A stretch of DNA of 64,000 nucleotides from Anaeromyxobacter sp. GTDB taxonomy: Bacteria; Myxococcota; Myxococcia; Myxococcales; Anaeromyxobacteraceae. Below, one piece after another: positions 1 to 10,635 of the stretch (within the stretch, counting starts at the first letter, position 1; each line of letters begins with the position of its first letter). The notes under the pieces are model-generated. The model made no database searches. It was not told the origin of the DNA and worked only from the letters and a program-made list of their open reading frames with translations. The stretch spans positions 96,001 through 160,000 of the forward strand of contig JASGJN010000022.1 of assembly GCA_049840735.1 (NCBI GenBank), in the 5' to 3' direction. Position numbers and translations under genes: made by a program.

Positions 1-438
1 CGGGCGCCGGTGGTGAACGTGAACCAGGACCGCAGCGTCCGGGCCTTCCACGGCCGCTACGCCCGCTGGAGCGTGCTGCAGCGCAAGCTGGTGGGGACGC
101 CGGTCTTCGCCGCCCAGGCGCTGCTCAACCCCGTGCTGCTGGCCGCGCTGGGCGCGCTGGCGGAACGCGACGCGCGCGCGGGGGCGCTCCTGGCCGCGGT
201 CTGCGCGGCCAAGTGCGCGCTGGACGGCGCCAGCGCGCGGCTGCTGCGGCCCGGCGGCTTCCGCCTGCGGGCGCTGCTGCTGGTGCCGCTCAAGGACCTG
301 GTGCTGGGCGCGGCCTGGGCCCAGGGGCTGGTGTCCGACCAGGTCGACTGGCGCGGCCACCGGCTCCGGGTCCTCCCCGGGACGCGGCTGGCGGCGGTCG
401 AGGGGGAGGGTGAGGAGGCGCTGGGGGCGGAGGCCTGA
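1..438 (+). CDS. Glycosyltransferase family 21 / ceramide glucosyltransferase (HpnI-like), C-terminal part; 5' end lies outside the window
   Basis: RxxRW motif (RYARW), hydrophobic C-terminal helices and terminal VDWRG motif typical of GT21. Confidence 0.65.
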   Translation, partial: RAPVVNVNQDRSVRAFHGRYARWSVLQRKLVGTPVFAAQALLNPVLLAALGALAERDARAGALLAAVCAAKCALDGASARLLRPGGFRLRALLLVPLKDLVLGAAWAQGLVSDQVDWRGHRLRVLPGTRLAAVEGEGEEALGAEA

Positions 439-535
439 GCGCGGCGCACCCCGCGGAGCCTGCGACCCCTCCGCGCGCTCCCGAACGTTCACCTGACGTG
501 GCCCGGCCGCTGGGGTACGCTCGCCGCGCCCCGCC

Positions 536-1882
536 ATGCCGTCCACGCCCGCCCAGCCCCCCAAGCCCGTCGTCGTCGCAGTGGACATGGGGTACGGCCA
601 CCTGCGCGCCGCCACCCCGGTGGCGGAGGCGCTGGGGCAGCCGGTGCTGAAGGTGGACGAGCCGCCGCTGGTGCAGCCGCAGGAGGTGAAGCTCTGGCGG
701 CGGCTGCGCGGCGCGTACGAGTGGGTGTCGCGCCTCTCGCAGCTCCCCGTGGTCGGCGCGCCGCTCCGCTACGCGCTCGACTCGATGACCAACATCCCGC
801 GGCTCCACCCGTACCGCGACCTCTCCGCGCCCACGCGCGGCGTGCTCACGCTGGAGCGGATGGTGCGGCGCAACCTGGGGCAGGGGCTGGTCGAGCACCT
901 GCGCGACACCGGCGCGCCGCTCCTCACCACCTTCTACTCGCCGGCCATCGTGGCCGACCGCGCCGGGCTGGAGCGGATCGCCTGCGTGGTCACCGACACC
1001 GACATCAACCGGATCTGGGCGCCGGTGGACGCGCGCAACACGCGCATCCAGTACCTGGTCCCCACCCGGCGGGCCGCGCGCCGGCTGCAGGCCTACGGCG
1101 TGCCGCCGGAGCGGATCACCTTCACCGGCTTCCCGCTCCCCGAGGCGCTGGTGGGCGGGCCGTCGCTGGCCACGCTGAAGCGCAACCTGGCCGCGCGCAT
1201 CGTGCGGCTCGACCCCTCGGCCGAGTTCCGCCGCTCCATGCCGGAGGAGCTGGCCCACTTCCTGGGCGCGCTGCCGCGCGAGGAGGAGGGCAAGCCGGCG
1301 CTGATCACCTTCGCGGTGGGCGGGGCCGGCGCGCAGGCGGGGATGGTGGGCGCGTTCCTGCCCGGGTTCCGGCGCGCGCTCGAGTCCGGCCTGGTGCGCT
1401 TCGCGCTGGTGGCCGGCGTCCGGCCGGAGGTGGAGGCGCGCTTCCGCGAGGCCATCCACCGGGCCGGGATGGAGCCGCTGCTGGGCAACGGCATCGACCT
1501 GCTGGTGGCCGGCTCCTTCCCCGACTACTACGCCCGCTTCAACGCGCTGCTGGCCCGCACCGACGTGCTCTGGACCAAGCCCTCCGAGCTCACCTTCTAC
1601 GCGGCGCTGGGGCTGCCGCTGGTGCTGGCCCCGCCGGTCGGCGTCCACGAGCGCTACAACCGGCGCTGGGCGCGCGAGAGCGGCGCGGGGCTGAAGCAGC
1701 GCGACGCCGGCTCCGCCGCGGAGTGGATCACCGACTGGCTCGCGGACGGGCTCCTGGCCGGCGCGGCCTGGGCCGGCTACATGCGGCTGCCCAAGTTCGG
1801 CCTCTACCGGATCCTCGAGGCGCTGGGCGAGCTGCCCGCCGCGGGTCGCGCGGCCGACGGCCACGCGGGGCTGGCGCCCTAA
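536..1882 (+). CDS. Putative GT-B fold glycosyltransferase (MGDG synthase/UgtP-like)
   Basis: N-terminal DMGYGHLRAA, VVTDTD and C-terminal TKPSE motifs resemble GT28/MGDG synthase family. Confidence 0.5.
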   Translation: MPSTPAQPPKPVVVAVDMGYGHLRAATPVAEALGQPVLKVDEPPLVQPQEVKLWRRLRGAYEWVSRLSQLPVVGAPLRYALDSMTNIPRLHPYRDLSAPTRGVLTLERMVRRNLGQGLVEHLRDTGAPLLTTFYSPAIVADRAGLERIACVVTDTDINRIWAPVDARNTRIQYLVPTRRAARRLQAYGVPPERITFTGFPLPEALVGGPSLATLKRNLAARIVRLDPSAEFRRSMPEELAHFLGALPREEEGKPALITFAVGGAGAQAGMVGAFLPGFRRALESGLVRFALVAGVRPEVEARFREAIHRAGMEPLLGNGIDLLVAGSFPDYYARFNALLARTDVLWTKPSELTFYAALGLPLVLAPPVGVHERYNRRWARESGAGLKQRDAGSAAEWITDWLADGLLAGAAWAGYMRLPKFGLYRILEALGELPAAGRAADGHAGLAP

Positions 1883-1960
1883 CTCGTCCGGGGGGGTTCC
1901 TGGCGGGTTCCGCTGGGAACCCCTGGGGGTCTGTGGCACGCTGTCACGCGCGGAGCGCGC

Positions 1961-3902
1961 GTGAAACGAGCCCAGCCAGAGCAGGAACTCCTCGCCAGCT
2001 GGCAGCTCCTGTCCGCGCTGGTGGACCGGAGCCCGGACCTCATCTGGACGGTGGACGCGCGCGAGTTCCGGATCCTGACCTTCAACCGTGCCCTGGCCCG
2101 CCAGTTCTCGGCGCGACGCGGCCTCACGCTGCGCACGGGCCTGACGCAGGCCGAGCTCTGGCCCGAGCCCGACCTCCGCGAGTGGTTCTGCGACCTGTAC
2201 CGGCGCGTGCTGCGGGAGGGCTCGCTCGAGCAGGCCTATGCGAACCCGCGCGGCGACCTGGAGCTCGACCTCCACTGCGAGCTGCTGCGCCACGCCGAGG
2301 AGCCGTTCGCGATCGCGGTGTTCGCGCGCGACGTCTCCGCCGAGCGGCGGGCGGCGCGCGAGCTGCGCGAGAGCGAGGAGAAGTACCGGCGGCTGGTGGA
2401 GGAGGTGCCGCTCGGCATCTTCCGCCGGTCCCTGGAGCCGGACGTCGGGTACGAGTACGTCAACCCCAGCCACGTGCGGCAGTTCGAGTGCGCCAGCGTG
2501 GAGGAGTTCCGCGCGCAGTACGATCGGCTGAGGGAGTGGACCGAGCCCGAGCCGTACGCGGCCTTCGTGACCCAGCTCATGGCCGAGGGGCGGGTGGACG
2601 GCTACGAGGTCGAGGTCCGGCTGCGCAACGGCCGGCAGAAGTGGTTCTCGATCTACGCGCGCGTGGACGGCGGGCGCCGGTCGGTGAGCGGCTTCCTGCA
2701 CGACATCACCGCCCAGAAGCAGGCCGAGGCGGAGCGGGCGCGCCTGCGCGAGGAGCTGCACCGGGGCCAGAAGCTGGAGGCGCTGGGGCGCCTGGCGGGC
2801 GGGGTGGCCCACGACTACAACAACCTGCTCACGGTGGTGCAGGCCGAGGTCAGCTACGCGCTGCACGTGCTCCCGGCGGGCGGGGAGGTGCGCGAGGCGC
2901 TCGGCGCCGTGCTGGAGGCCAGCGGCCGGGCCTCGGCGCTGACGCGGCAGCTGCTGGCCTTCGGGCGCAAGCAGGTCCTGCGGCCCGAGCCGCTGGACCT
3001 GAACCGGGTGGTGGCGGGGCTGGAGAAGATGCTGCGGCGGCTGGTGGGCCAGGGCGTCGAGCTCCAGGTGGCGCTGGGCGCGGAGCCGGGGCTGGTGCTG
3101 GCCGATCCCGTCCAGCTGGAGCAGGTGCTGCTGAACCTCGTCATGAACGCCCATGACGCCCTGCCGGCGGGGGGCGCCATCACGGTGCGGACCGCGGCCG
3201 CGGTGCTCGACGCGGCGCGCGCCGACCCGGCCGGCGTGGCGCCCGGCGCGTACGTCACGCTCTCGGTGACCGACACCGGCGCCGGCATGGACGAGGCCAC
3301 CCGGGCCCGCGTCTTCGAGCCGTTCTTCACCACCAAGGCGCCGGGGAGCGGGGCCGGGCTGGGGCTGGCCACCGTGCACGGCGTGGTGAAGCAGTCCGGC
3401 GGCGGCGTGGTGGTGCGCAGCGCGCCGGGGGCCGGCTCCACCTTCGAGGTGCTGCTGCCGCGGCTGGAGGGGAGCGCGCCGCACCCGGCGCCGCCCTCGC
3501 CGGGGCCGGAGGCCGTCGGGAGCGAGACCATCCTGGTGGTGGAGGACGAGCCCGCGGTCCGCGAGAATCTGCCGCCGCGCGCTGGAGGCCTGCGGGTACA
3601 CGGTGCTGACGGCGGCCGGGCCGGGCGAGGCGCTGCTCACCTGCGAGGTGCAGGGCGACCGGATCCAGCTGCTGCTCACCGACGCCGTCATGCCGCAGCT
3701 GGGCGGGGCGGCGCTGGCGGAGCGGCTGATCCGGCGCCACCCGGCGCTGCGGGTGCTGGTCATGTCCGGCCGCGCCGACGCCGACACCCGCAAGGCCGAC
3801 GGCGCCGCCTTCGGCTTCCTCCAGAAGCCCTTCACGGTGGGTGCGCTCGCGGGCGCCGTGCGGGCGGCGCTGGACGGGGCCCCGGCCGGCGGGTCACGCT
3901 GA
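1961..3902 (+). CDS. Hybrid PAS-PAS sensor histidine kinase with C-terminal receiver domain (frameshift near 3570)
   Basis: H-box GGVAHDYNNLL, N-box LNLVMNA, G-boxes DTGAGM/GLGLA; receiver (ILVVEDE...LLTDAVMP...KPF) split between ORFs 1961.. and 3603..3902. Confidence 0.9.
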
Positions 3903-3920
3903 GGCAGACGGGAGACGCAC

Positions 3921-5261
3921 GTGGCGCAGCCGCTCATCCTGCTGGTGGACGACGAGGCCGCGATCCGCTTCTCGGTGGGGCGCTACCTGGGCGCGCGCGG
4001 GTTCGAGGTGGTGACCGCGGACGGGGTGGCGGCGGGCGTGGCGGCCTTCCGGGCCCGGACGCCCGACGCCGCGGTGATCGACTACGAGCTGGGCGACGGG
4101 GACGCCATCGAGCTGCTGGGTGCGTTCCGGGCCATCGACCCGGCGGTGCCGGTGGTGGTGGTGACCGGCCACGCCACCATCGACCGCGCCGTGAAGGCGG
4201 TGAAGGAGGGGGCGGAGAACTTCCTGGTGAAGCCGCCCGATCTCACCGCGCTCACGCTCACGCTGGAGCGGGTGCTCCAGCGCCGCCGGCTGGAGCGGCG
4301 GGAGGCGGCGCGCGGCCGGGGCCGCCGCGCGCTCCCGGATCCGTTCATCGGCGACAGCCCGGCCATCCGGCGGCTGGCCGACCTGGCGCGCCGGATCGCG
4401 GCCAGCGACACCCCGGTGCTGATCACCGGCGAGACCGGCAGCGGCAAGGGGGTGCTGACGCGCTGGCTGCACGCCCACGGGCCGCGGGCCGAGGAGGCGC
4501 TGGTGGAGCTCAACTGCGCCGGGCTCAACCGCGACCTGCTGGAGAGCGAGCTCTTCGGCCACGAGCGCGGGGCCTTCACCGGCGCGGTGGCGGCGCGCGC
4601 CGGGCTGCTGGAGGCGGCGCACCGGGGCACGCTCTTCCTGGACGAGATCGGCGACATGGACCCGGCCGTCCAGCCCAAGCTGCTCAAGGCCATCGAGGAG
4701 GGCACGTTCCGCCGCGTGGGCGAGGTGGAGCCGCGCGCGGTGGACGTGCGGCTGGTGGCGGCCACGCACCGCGACCTGCCCGCGCTGGTGCGCCAGGGGC
4801 GCTTCCGCGAGGACCTGCTCTTCCGGATCAACGCCGTCCCGCTGGAGGTGCCCGCGCTGCGCGAGCGCCCGGAGGACATCCCGGCGCTGGCGGCCTGGTT
4901 CCTGGCCGAGCGCAGCGCCTGCCGCGGCAAGGCGCTCTCCCCCGCCGCGCTGGCGCGGCTGCAGGCGTACCGCTGGCCGGGCAACGTCCGCGAGCTGCGC
5001 AACGTGCTGGAGCGCGCGGCGGTGCTGGCCGCCGGCGACCTGCTCGAGGCCGAGGACATGCGCTTCGACGCGGCGCCCGGCGGCGCCGCCGCGGACGAGG
5101 ACGGGCTGACGCTGGCGGAGGTGGAGCGCCGGCAGATCGAGCGGGCGCTCCGCGCCGAGGGCGGGCGCGTGGTGGCCGCCGCCCGCCGGCTGGGGATCCC
5201 GCGCTCCACGCTGTACGAGAAGCTGAAGCAGCACGGCCTCACCTCGCGTCCCGAGGACTGA
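3921..5261 (+). CDS. Sigma54-dependent response regulator (NtrC family enhancer-binding protein)
   Basis: Receiver domain, Walker A GETGSGKG, ESELFGHERGAFTGA, WPGNVREL, C-terminal Fis-type HTH. Confidence 0.95.
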   Translation: MAQPLILLVDDEAAIRFSVGRYLGARGFEVVTADGVAAGVAAFRARTPDAAVIDYELGDGDAIELLGAFRAIDPAVPVVVVTGHATIDRAVKAVKEGAENFLVKPPDLTALTLTLERVLQRRRLERREAARGRGRRALPDPFIGDSPAIRRLADLARRIAASDTPVLITGETGSGKGVLTRWLHAHGPRAEEALVELNCAGLNRDLLESELFGHERGAFTGAVAARAGLLEAAHRGTLFLDEIGDMDPAVQPKLLKAIEEGTFRRVGEVEPRAVDVRLVAATHRDLPALVRQGRFREDLLFRINAVPLEVPALRERPEDIPALAAWFLAERSACRGKALSPAALARLQAYRWPGNVRELRNVLERAAVLAAGDLLEAEDMRFDAAPGGAAADEDGLTLAEVERRQIERALRAEGGRVVAAARRLGIPRSTLYEKLKQHGLTSRPED

Positions 5262-5332
5262 TCGGCGCAGCCGGCGCCATGGGGCTTCAGGCCTCAGGCT
5301 GCAGGAGACGCGTCGGCTCACCCCGCCGCGGC

Positions 5333-5368
5333 CGTCCGGAGTCTGGACGGGCGTCCAGAAGCTGGACG
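5333..5368. promoter_or_regulatory. Tandem 17-bp palindromes, candidate enhancer (UAS) for the adjacent EBP
   Basis: CGTCCGGAGTCTGGACG (5333-5349) and CGTCCAGAAGCTGGACG (5352-5368), about 50-90 bp upstream of a -24/-12 motif. Confidence 0.6.
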
Positions 5369-5419
5369 CCGCCCTCGCCGCGGCGGCGACAACCCCGCGA
5401 GCTTGCTCGCCCGGCTGCC

Positions 5420-5435
5420 TGGCCCGGGCCGTGCT
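5420..5435 (+). promoter_or_regulatory. Sigma54 -24/-12 promoter
   Basis: TGGCCCGGGCCGTGCT: GG-N10-GC spacing, directly upstream of the GAF-MCP genes. Confidence 0.65.
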
Positions 5436-5447
5436 CTGCCTCCGGAC

Positions 5448-6014
5448 GTGATCGATTCCAGCCAGGACGACGAGGGCCTCGTGGCCCAGCTGCGGAGGCG
5501 GCTGCGCCAGGCCGAGGCCGACGCGGACGCCGCCCGCCGGGCGCTGGCCGCGGCCGACCAGCGCTCGAGCTGGGCCATGACGCTCTTCGCGGTCTCCTGG
5601 CGGCTCCACCAGGCCCGGACCGCGGCCGCGCTCTTCGCCGCCCTGGACGAGGTGGCCGCGGAGGTCCTGGACGGCCGCGCGCTGGCGGTCTACCTGCGCG
5701 AGCCGGGCGGGTCCGGGCTGCGCCTGGCCCACGCCGGGCGCGGCCCCGGGCTGCCGGCCTCGGCCGTGCTGGGCGAGGGGCTCGTGGGGCGCGCCGCCGC
5801 CGAGGGGCGCACCCAGCACGCCCCCGCGGCCGGCGACGGCCCCTGCCTGGCCATCCCGCTCGGCGCGCCGCCCCGCGTGCTGGGCGCGCTGGCGGTGCAC
5901 GATCCGGCGCGGGCCGGCCCGCTCGACGCCGATCGCACCGAGCTCCTGCAGGTGGTCGCCCGCATCGCCGCGCACCAGCTCCCCGAGCTGCTCCCCCTCC
6001 CAACCCACCCCTGA
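5448..6014 (+). CDS. Coiled-coil + GAF-domain protein
   Basis: GEGLVGRAA...CLAIPL...LGALAV GAF pattern; GTG start at 5448 inferred from promoter position. Confidence 0.7.
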   Translation: MIDSSQDDEGLVAQLRRRLRQAEADADAARRALAAADQRSSWAMTLFAVSWRLHQARTAAALFAALDEVAAEVLDGRALAVYLREPGGSGLRLAHAGRGPGLPASAVLGEGLVGRAAAEGRTQHAPAAGDGPCLAIPLGAPPRVLGALAVHDPARAGPLDADRTELLQVVARIAAHQLPELLPLPTHP

Positions 6015-6032
6015 TCCTCTCCTGGAGCCCGA

Positions 6033-8787
6033 ATGCTGAAGCAGCTCAAGACCGGAACGAAGATCCTCCTCTCCTACGCCGTGCTCATGGTGGTCCTGGC
6101 CGTGGTGGGCGCGGTAGCCTTCCGCGCGCTGGAGCGCGTGGCGGACCGCCTGCACGTGTTCGCCACCGTGCGCTACCAGGCGGCGCACGAGCTGGCCGTC
6201 ATCGAGGAGGCGCAGACCGACTCCCTGCGGGCCATCTACGGCCTGTTCAACCGCTCGACCCTGCCCGAGCGGCGGGTGGAGCTGCTGGCGGAGCACGAGG
6301 TCGCGCTCGAGCGGATGCACGCGGCCTGGGCGCACTACGGGGCGCTCCCGCTGACGCCGGAGCAGGTCCAGGCCTGGCAGGCGATGGCCGGGCCCTGGAA
6401 GGAAGGGGAGGCCATCGGCCAGGCGTTCCTGGCGGCCTACCAGGAGCGGGCGGCGCTGGAGGAGAGCGGGCTGACGCAGGAGGACCCCCGCTGGAAGGCT
6501 GCCCACGACCGCTGCCGCGAGCAGATCAGGGCCATGGACCGGGCCCAGAAGGTCAGCGACCCGCTGCTCCACAGGCTGGAGGCGATCACCGGCGAGCTGG
6601 TGGATCGCGAGCGCGCCGAGGGCATCGCCGAGGGCGACGCCGCCTCGCACACCCTGGTGGCCGGGCTGGCGGTGGCCTTCGCCCTCATGCTCGGGCTGGG
6701 GCTGTACCTCGCCCGCGCCATCGCCCGGAACATCGGCGCGCTGCTCGCCCAGGCGCGACGGCTGGCCGGCGCCGTGGAGGAGGGGCGGCTGGGCGTGCGC
6801 GCCGAGGTGGGCGCGGTGACGCCGGAGTTCCAGGCCCATCCTGGCCGGGATGAACGACACCATGGACGCCTTCGCGCGCCCGCTGGCGATGGCCTCCGGC
6901 CACCTGGAGCGGCTCGGCGCCGGGGACGTCCCGCCCCGCATCACCGAGGCGTACCAGGGGGACTTCAACCGCATCAAGGACGACCTCAACGCCTGCACCG
7001 ACGCGGTCAACCGGCTGGTGGCCGACGCGCTCCTGCTCTCCGAGGCGGGCCAGGCCGGCCGGCTCTCCGTCCGCGCCGACGCCGGCCGGCACCAGGGGGA
7101 CTTCCGGAAGGTGATCGAGGGCGTCAACCGGACGCTCGACGGCGTCACCCGCCCGCTGGCCACCGCCGCGGGGCTGGTGCAGGAGATCTCCCGCGGCAGC
7201 ATCCCCGCGCCGGTGACCGAGGCCTGGGCCGGCGACTTCGACGCGCTCAAGGGCTCGCTCAACCGCTGCATCGAGGCCGTGAACCGGCTGGTGGCCGACG
7301 CGCAAGAGCTGGCCCGGGCCGGCGTGGAGGGGCGGCTGGCCACCCGCGTCGACGCCACGCGCCACGAGGGCGACTTCCGCAAGGTGGTCGAGGGCGTCAA
7401 CGCCACGCTGGACGCGGTGGTGGGGCCGCTCACCGTGGCCGCGCACTACGTGGAGGAGATCGCCGCCGGCAACGTCCCGCCCGCGATCGCCGAGAGCTAC
7501 CCGGGCGACTTCGAGACGCTCCGGCTCAACCTCAACGGCTGCATCGCCGCCATCAACCGGCTGGTGGACGACGCCGGCCGGCTGGTGGAGACGGCCGTGG
7601 GCGGCCAGCTCGGCACCCGGGCCGACGCCGGGCGCCACCGGGGCGACTTCCGGCGCATCGTGGACGGCGTCAACCGGACGCTCGACGCCGTCATCGCGCC
7701 GGTCACCGAGGCCACGGCGGTGCTGGAGAAGCTGGCCCGGCGCGATCTGCGCGCCCGCGTGGCGGGCGACTACCAGGGCGACCACGCCGCCATGAAGCGG
7801 GCCCTCAATGGCACCGCCGAGGCGCTGCACGACGCCCTGGGCCAGGTGGCCGGGGCCGTCGAGCAGGTGACCGGCGCCAGCCAGCAGATCGCGGCCTCCA
7901 GCGAGGCGGTGGCCTCCGGCGCGAGCGAGCAGGCCTCCTCGCTCGAGGAGACCTCCGCCAGCCTGGACTCGGTGCTGGCCCTGACGCAGCAGGCCTCGGC
8001 CAGCGCCCAGCAGGCGAACGGGCTGGCGCAGGCGGCGCGCAACGCCGCCACCGAGGGCGCGGCGGCGGTGGAGCAGATGCAGGGGGCCATGGGCAAGATC
8101 CGCGAGAGCGCGGAGGGCACCTCGCAGATCATCAAGGACATCAACGACATCGCCTTCCAGACCAACCTGCTGGCGCTGAACGCGGCGGTCGAGGCGGCGC
8201 GCGCCGGCGAGGCGGGGCGCGGGTTCGCGGTGGTGGCCGAGGAGGTCCGGAGCCTGGCGCTGCGGGCCAAGGACGCCGCCGCGCGGACCGAGGCGCTGAT
8301 CCGCCAGTCGGTGCGGGAGGCCGCCGAGGGCGAGCGCAGCGCCGCGCACGTCACGCAGAAGCTGGGCGAGATCGTCCGCGGCACCGGCAAGGTGGGCGAC
8401 ATCGTGTCGGAGATCGCGGCCGCCGCCGGGCAGCAGGTCACCGGCATCGACCAGGTGAACCGCGCGGTGACCGAGATGGACAAGGTCACGCAGCAGAACG
8501 CCGCCTCGGCGGAGGAGTCCTCCTCCGCGGCCAGCGAGCTGAACGGCCAGGCCGAGGAGCTGGCGGCGATGGTGGCCGGGTTCCAGCTGGAGCGCGCGGC
8601 CGGATCGGGCGCGCGGGCGGTGGTGCGCGCGCGCGCCGTGAAGCCGGCCCGCGCCGCTCCTCCGCCGGCGGGCAGCCCCCGCGCCGCGCCGCCGGCGCGC
8701 CCGGCGAAGCCGGCCCACCCGCCCCGGCTGGTGGCGCTGGAGAGCTTCCCCATGGACGACGGCCCGACCGATCCCCTGGACTTCTGA
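6033..8787 (+). CDS. Methyl-accepting chemotaxis protein with 4HB sensor and poly-HAMP region (frameshift near 6835)
   Basis: TM-4HB-TM, repeated GDF..HAMP units, signalling hairpin [34 protein letters not shown]. Confidence 0.93.
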
Positions 8788-8788
8788 G

Positions 8789-9211
8789 GTGCAGCGGCTC
8801 GAGACCACCGCCTACGGCTTCCGCCTGGCCCTCTCCGGCGCCGTCACGCTCGACGAGCTGTCGGAGCTGAAGCAGGCGCTCCAGCGCGCGCTGGAGCGCC
8901 TGTCCCCGGGCTTCGGCGCGCTGGTGGACCTGCGCCGGCTGGCACCGCTCTCCGCCGAGGCCAGCGAGCGCATGATCGAGCTGCAGCGGCTCTGCCGCGC
9001 GGCCGGCCTCGTCCGCTCGGCGGTGGTGCTCGACTCTGCCCTGGTGGCCACGCAGTTCAGCCGGCTGGCGGCGCTGGCGCGGATCCGCCAGGGAGAGCGC
9101 CACCTGGACGCCGGCCGGCACCCGGACTGGGAGCGCGCGGCGGAGCGATGGGTGGTGGCGGCCGAGGAGCCGGTCGCGCCGGTGCCGCTGCCCGCCCCGC
9201 GCAGCCGGTAG
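8789..9211 (+). CDS. Hypothetical protein, STAS/SpoIIAA-like
   Basis: Starts immediately after the MCP stop; LVDLR..L pattern and final W typical of SpoIIAA-like proteins. Confidence 0.55.
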   Translation: MQRLETTAYGFRLALSGAVTLDELSELKQALQRALERLSPGFGALVDLRRLAPLSAEASERMIELQRLCRAAGLVRSAVVLDSALVATQFSRLAALARIRQGERHLDAGRHPDWERAAERWVVAAEEPVAPVPLPAPRSR

Positions 9212-9227
9212 CCCCTCGGGCCCGGGC

Positions 9228-9668
9228 TCACGCCCGCCGCGCGGCCCGCCGCCCCTTCTCCAGCGCGCGCACCGAGAGCTCGGCCACGGTGCGGCTGGAG
9301 AGCGCCGAGAGCAGCCCGCCCAGCGCCTGCTCCTCCACCTCTGCGAAGGCCGCCCGCATCCCGGCGCCGATGGGGCAGCGCGCGCTGGGCTCGGCCGGCG
9401 AGGGGGCCAGCGGCCCCTCCGGCTCCACCGCCCGGTAGACGTCGGCCAGCGTGATCCGCGCCGCCTCGCGCGCCAGCCGGTAGCCGCCGGTCCGCCCCTC
9501 GCGCGCCTCGACCAGCCCCGCGGCCACCAGGTCGCGCAGGATGCGGCGCAGGAAGACGGCGTGCGTGTTGACCGACGAGGCGATGTAGCCGGAGGGGTGG
9601 CCGCCCTCCGGCGCCTGGGAGAGGACGGCCAGCGCGTGCAGCGCCATGGCGAAGCGGCCCGAGGTCAC
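9228..9668 (-). CDS. Rrf2 family transcriptional regulator
   Basis: RFAMALHAL...IASSVNTHAVFLRRIL...GGYRLAR...ITLADVYRAVE winged-HTH signature; true start inside the long ORF. Confidence 0.9.
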   Translation of the reverse strand: MTSGRFAMALHALAVLSQAPEGGHPSGYIASSVNTHAVFLRRILRDLVAAGLVEAREGRTGGYRLAREAARITLADVYRAVEPEGPLAPSPAEPSARCPIGAGMRAAFAEVEEQALGGLLSALSSRTVAELSVRALEKGRRAARRA

Positions 9669-9770
9669 CCCGAAACTGTAACCGGGCCGGGCTCCGGCCA
9701 CCACCGGGCCGGCGGGCCCCGCGTCCTCCCGCCCCTTGCGGACGGTACGCCCGGGAGGACAGGATGCCGC

Positions 9771-10526
9771 GTGCTCCTGATCTTCTCCGCCGTCTACTGG
9801 GTCTTCGTGTGCCTCACCATGCCGGTGCTCTACGCGGGCGCCCTGCTGGTGTTCGTGATCACCCTGCCCTTCGACCGCCGGCGGCTCGTGCTGCACATGT
9901 ACTCGTGCATGTGGGGCACGTTCTACGTCTACGCCAACCCGCTCTGGCGGCTGCGCGTGAAGGGGCGCGGGCTCATCCCGTGGCGCGGGCCGGCCGTGAT
10001 CGTGGCCAACCACCTCTCGATGCTGGACATCCTGGTCCTGTACGGGCTGTACCGGCCCTTCAAGTGGGTCTCCAAGGCCGAGCTGTTCAAGGTGCCGTTC
10101 GTCGGCTGGAACATGGTGATCAACGACTACGTGCGCGTGTGGCGGGGCGACCGCGAGTCGGTCCGCAGGATGATGGCCCACTGCCGCGCCCACCTGGCGC
10201 GTGGCACGCCGGTGCTGCTCTTCCCCGAGGGGACCCGGTCGCTGGACGGCCACCTGCAGCCCTTCAAGGAAGGGGCCTTCAAGCTGGCGCACGAGGCCGG
10301 CGTGCCGGTCATCCCGGTGCTGGTGACGGGGACCGCCCAGGCGCTGCCCAAGCACGGCCTGGTGATCCGCCAGCGGATGGTGGCCGAGGTGGAGGTGCTG
10401 CCCGCCATCGACACCAGGGCGTACGCCACGCCCCAGGCGCTGCGCGAGGCCACCCACGCCGTGTTCGCGGCGGCGCTGCCGGAGGCGAACAAGCCGGCCG
10501 CTCCGGCGTCGCGCGCGGCGACCTGA
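9771..10526 (+). CDS. 1-acyl-sn-glycerol-3-phosphate acyltransferase family (PlsC-like)
   Basis: NHLSMLD (NHxxxxD) and FPEGTRS motifs. Confidence 0.9.
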   Translation: MLLIFSAVYWVFVCLTMPVLYAGALLVFVITLPFDRRRLVLHMYSCMWGTFYVYANPLWRLRVKGRGLIPWRGPAVIVANHLSMLDILVLYGLYRPFKWVSKAELFKVPFVGWNMVINDYVRVWRGDRESVRRMMAHCRAHLARGTPVLLFPEGTRSLDGHLQPFKEGAFKLAHEAGVPVIPVLVTGTAQALPKHGLVIRQRMVAEVEVLPAIDTRAYATPQALREATHAVFAAALPEANKPAAPASRAAT

Positions 10527-10635
10527 GGGGCGCGCGGCCTCGGGCGGCGCGTGGTGGGGAGATGTGAGCGCGGTCGCCGCGCTGGCGCAGCGCAGGATGT
10601 CCCTCCATCGTCCCGGTCCGCGGATAGGATGCGCC

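Noticed and set aside
1934..1950. Sigma54 promoter TGGCACG upstream of the hybrid kinase
   Set aside because: GC is not at the required GG-N10-GC spacing
290..3937. Long antisense or alternate-frame ORFs (e.g. 290..3937, 3894..7433, 28429..32976, 45882..48599)
   Set aside because: Shadow ORFs of high-GC genes, R/A/G/P-rich and without motifs
1961..6853. 1630-aa giant kinase and 921-aa mutase fusion (17779..20544) in the ORF track
   Set aside because: Artefactual read-through after frameshifts into non-coding frames
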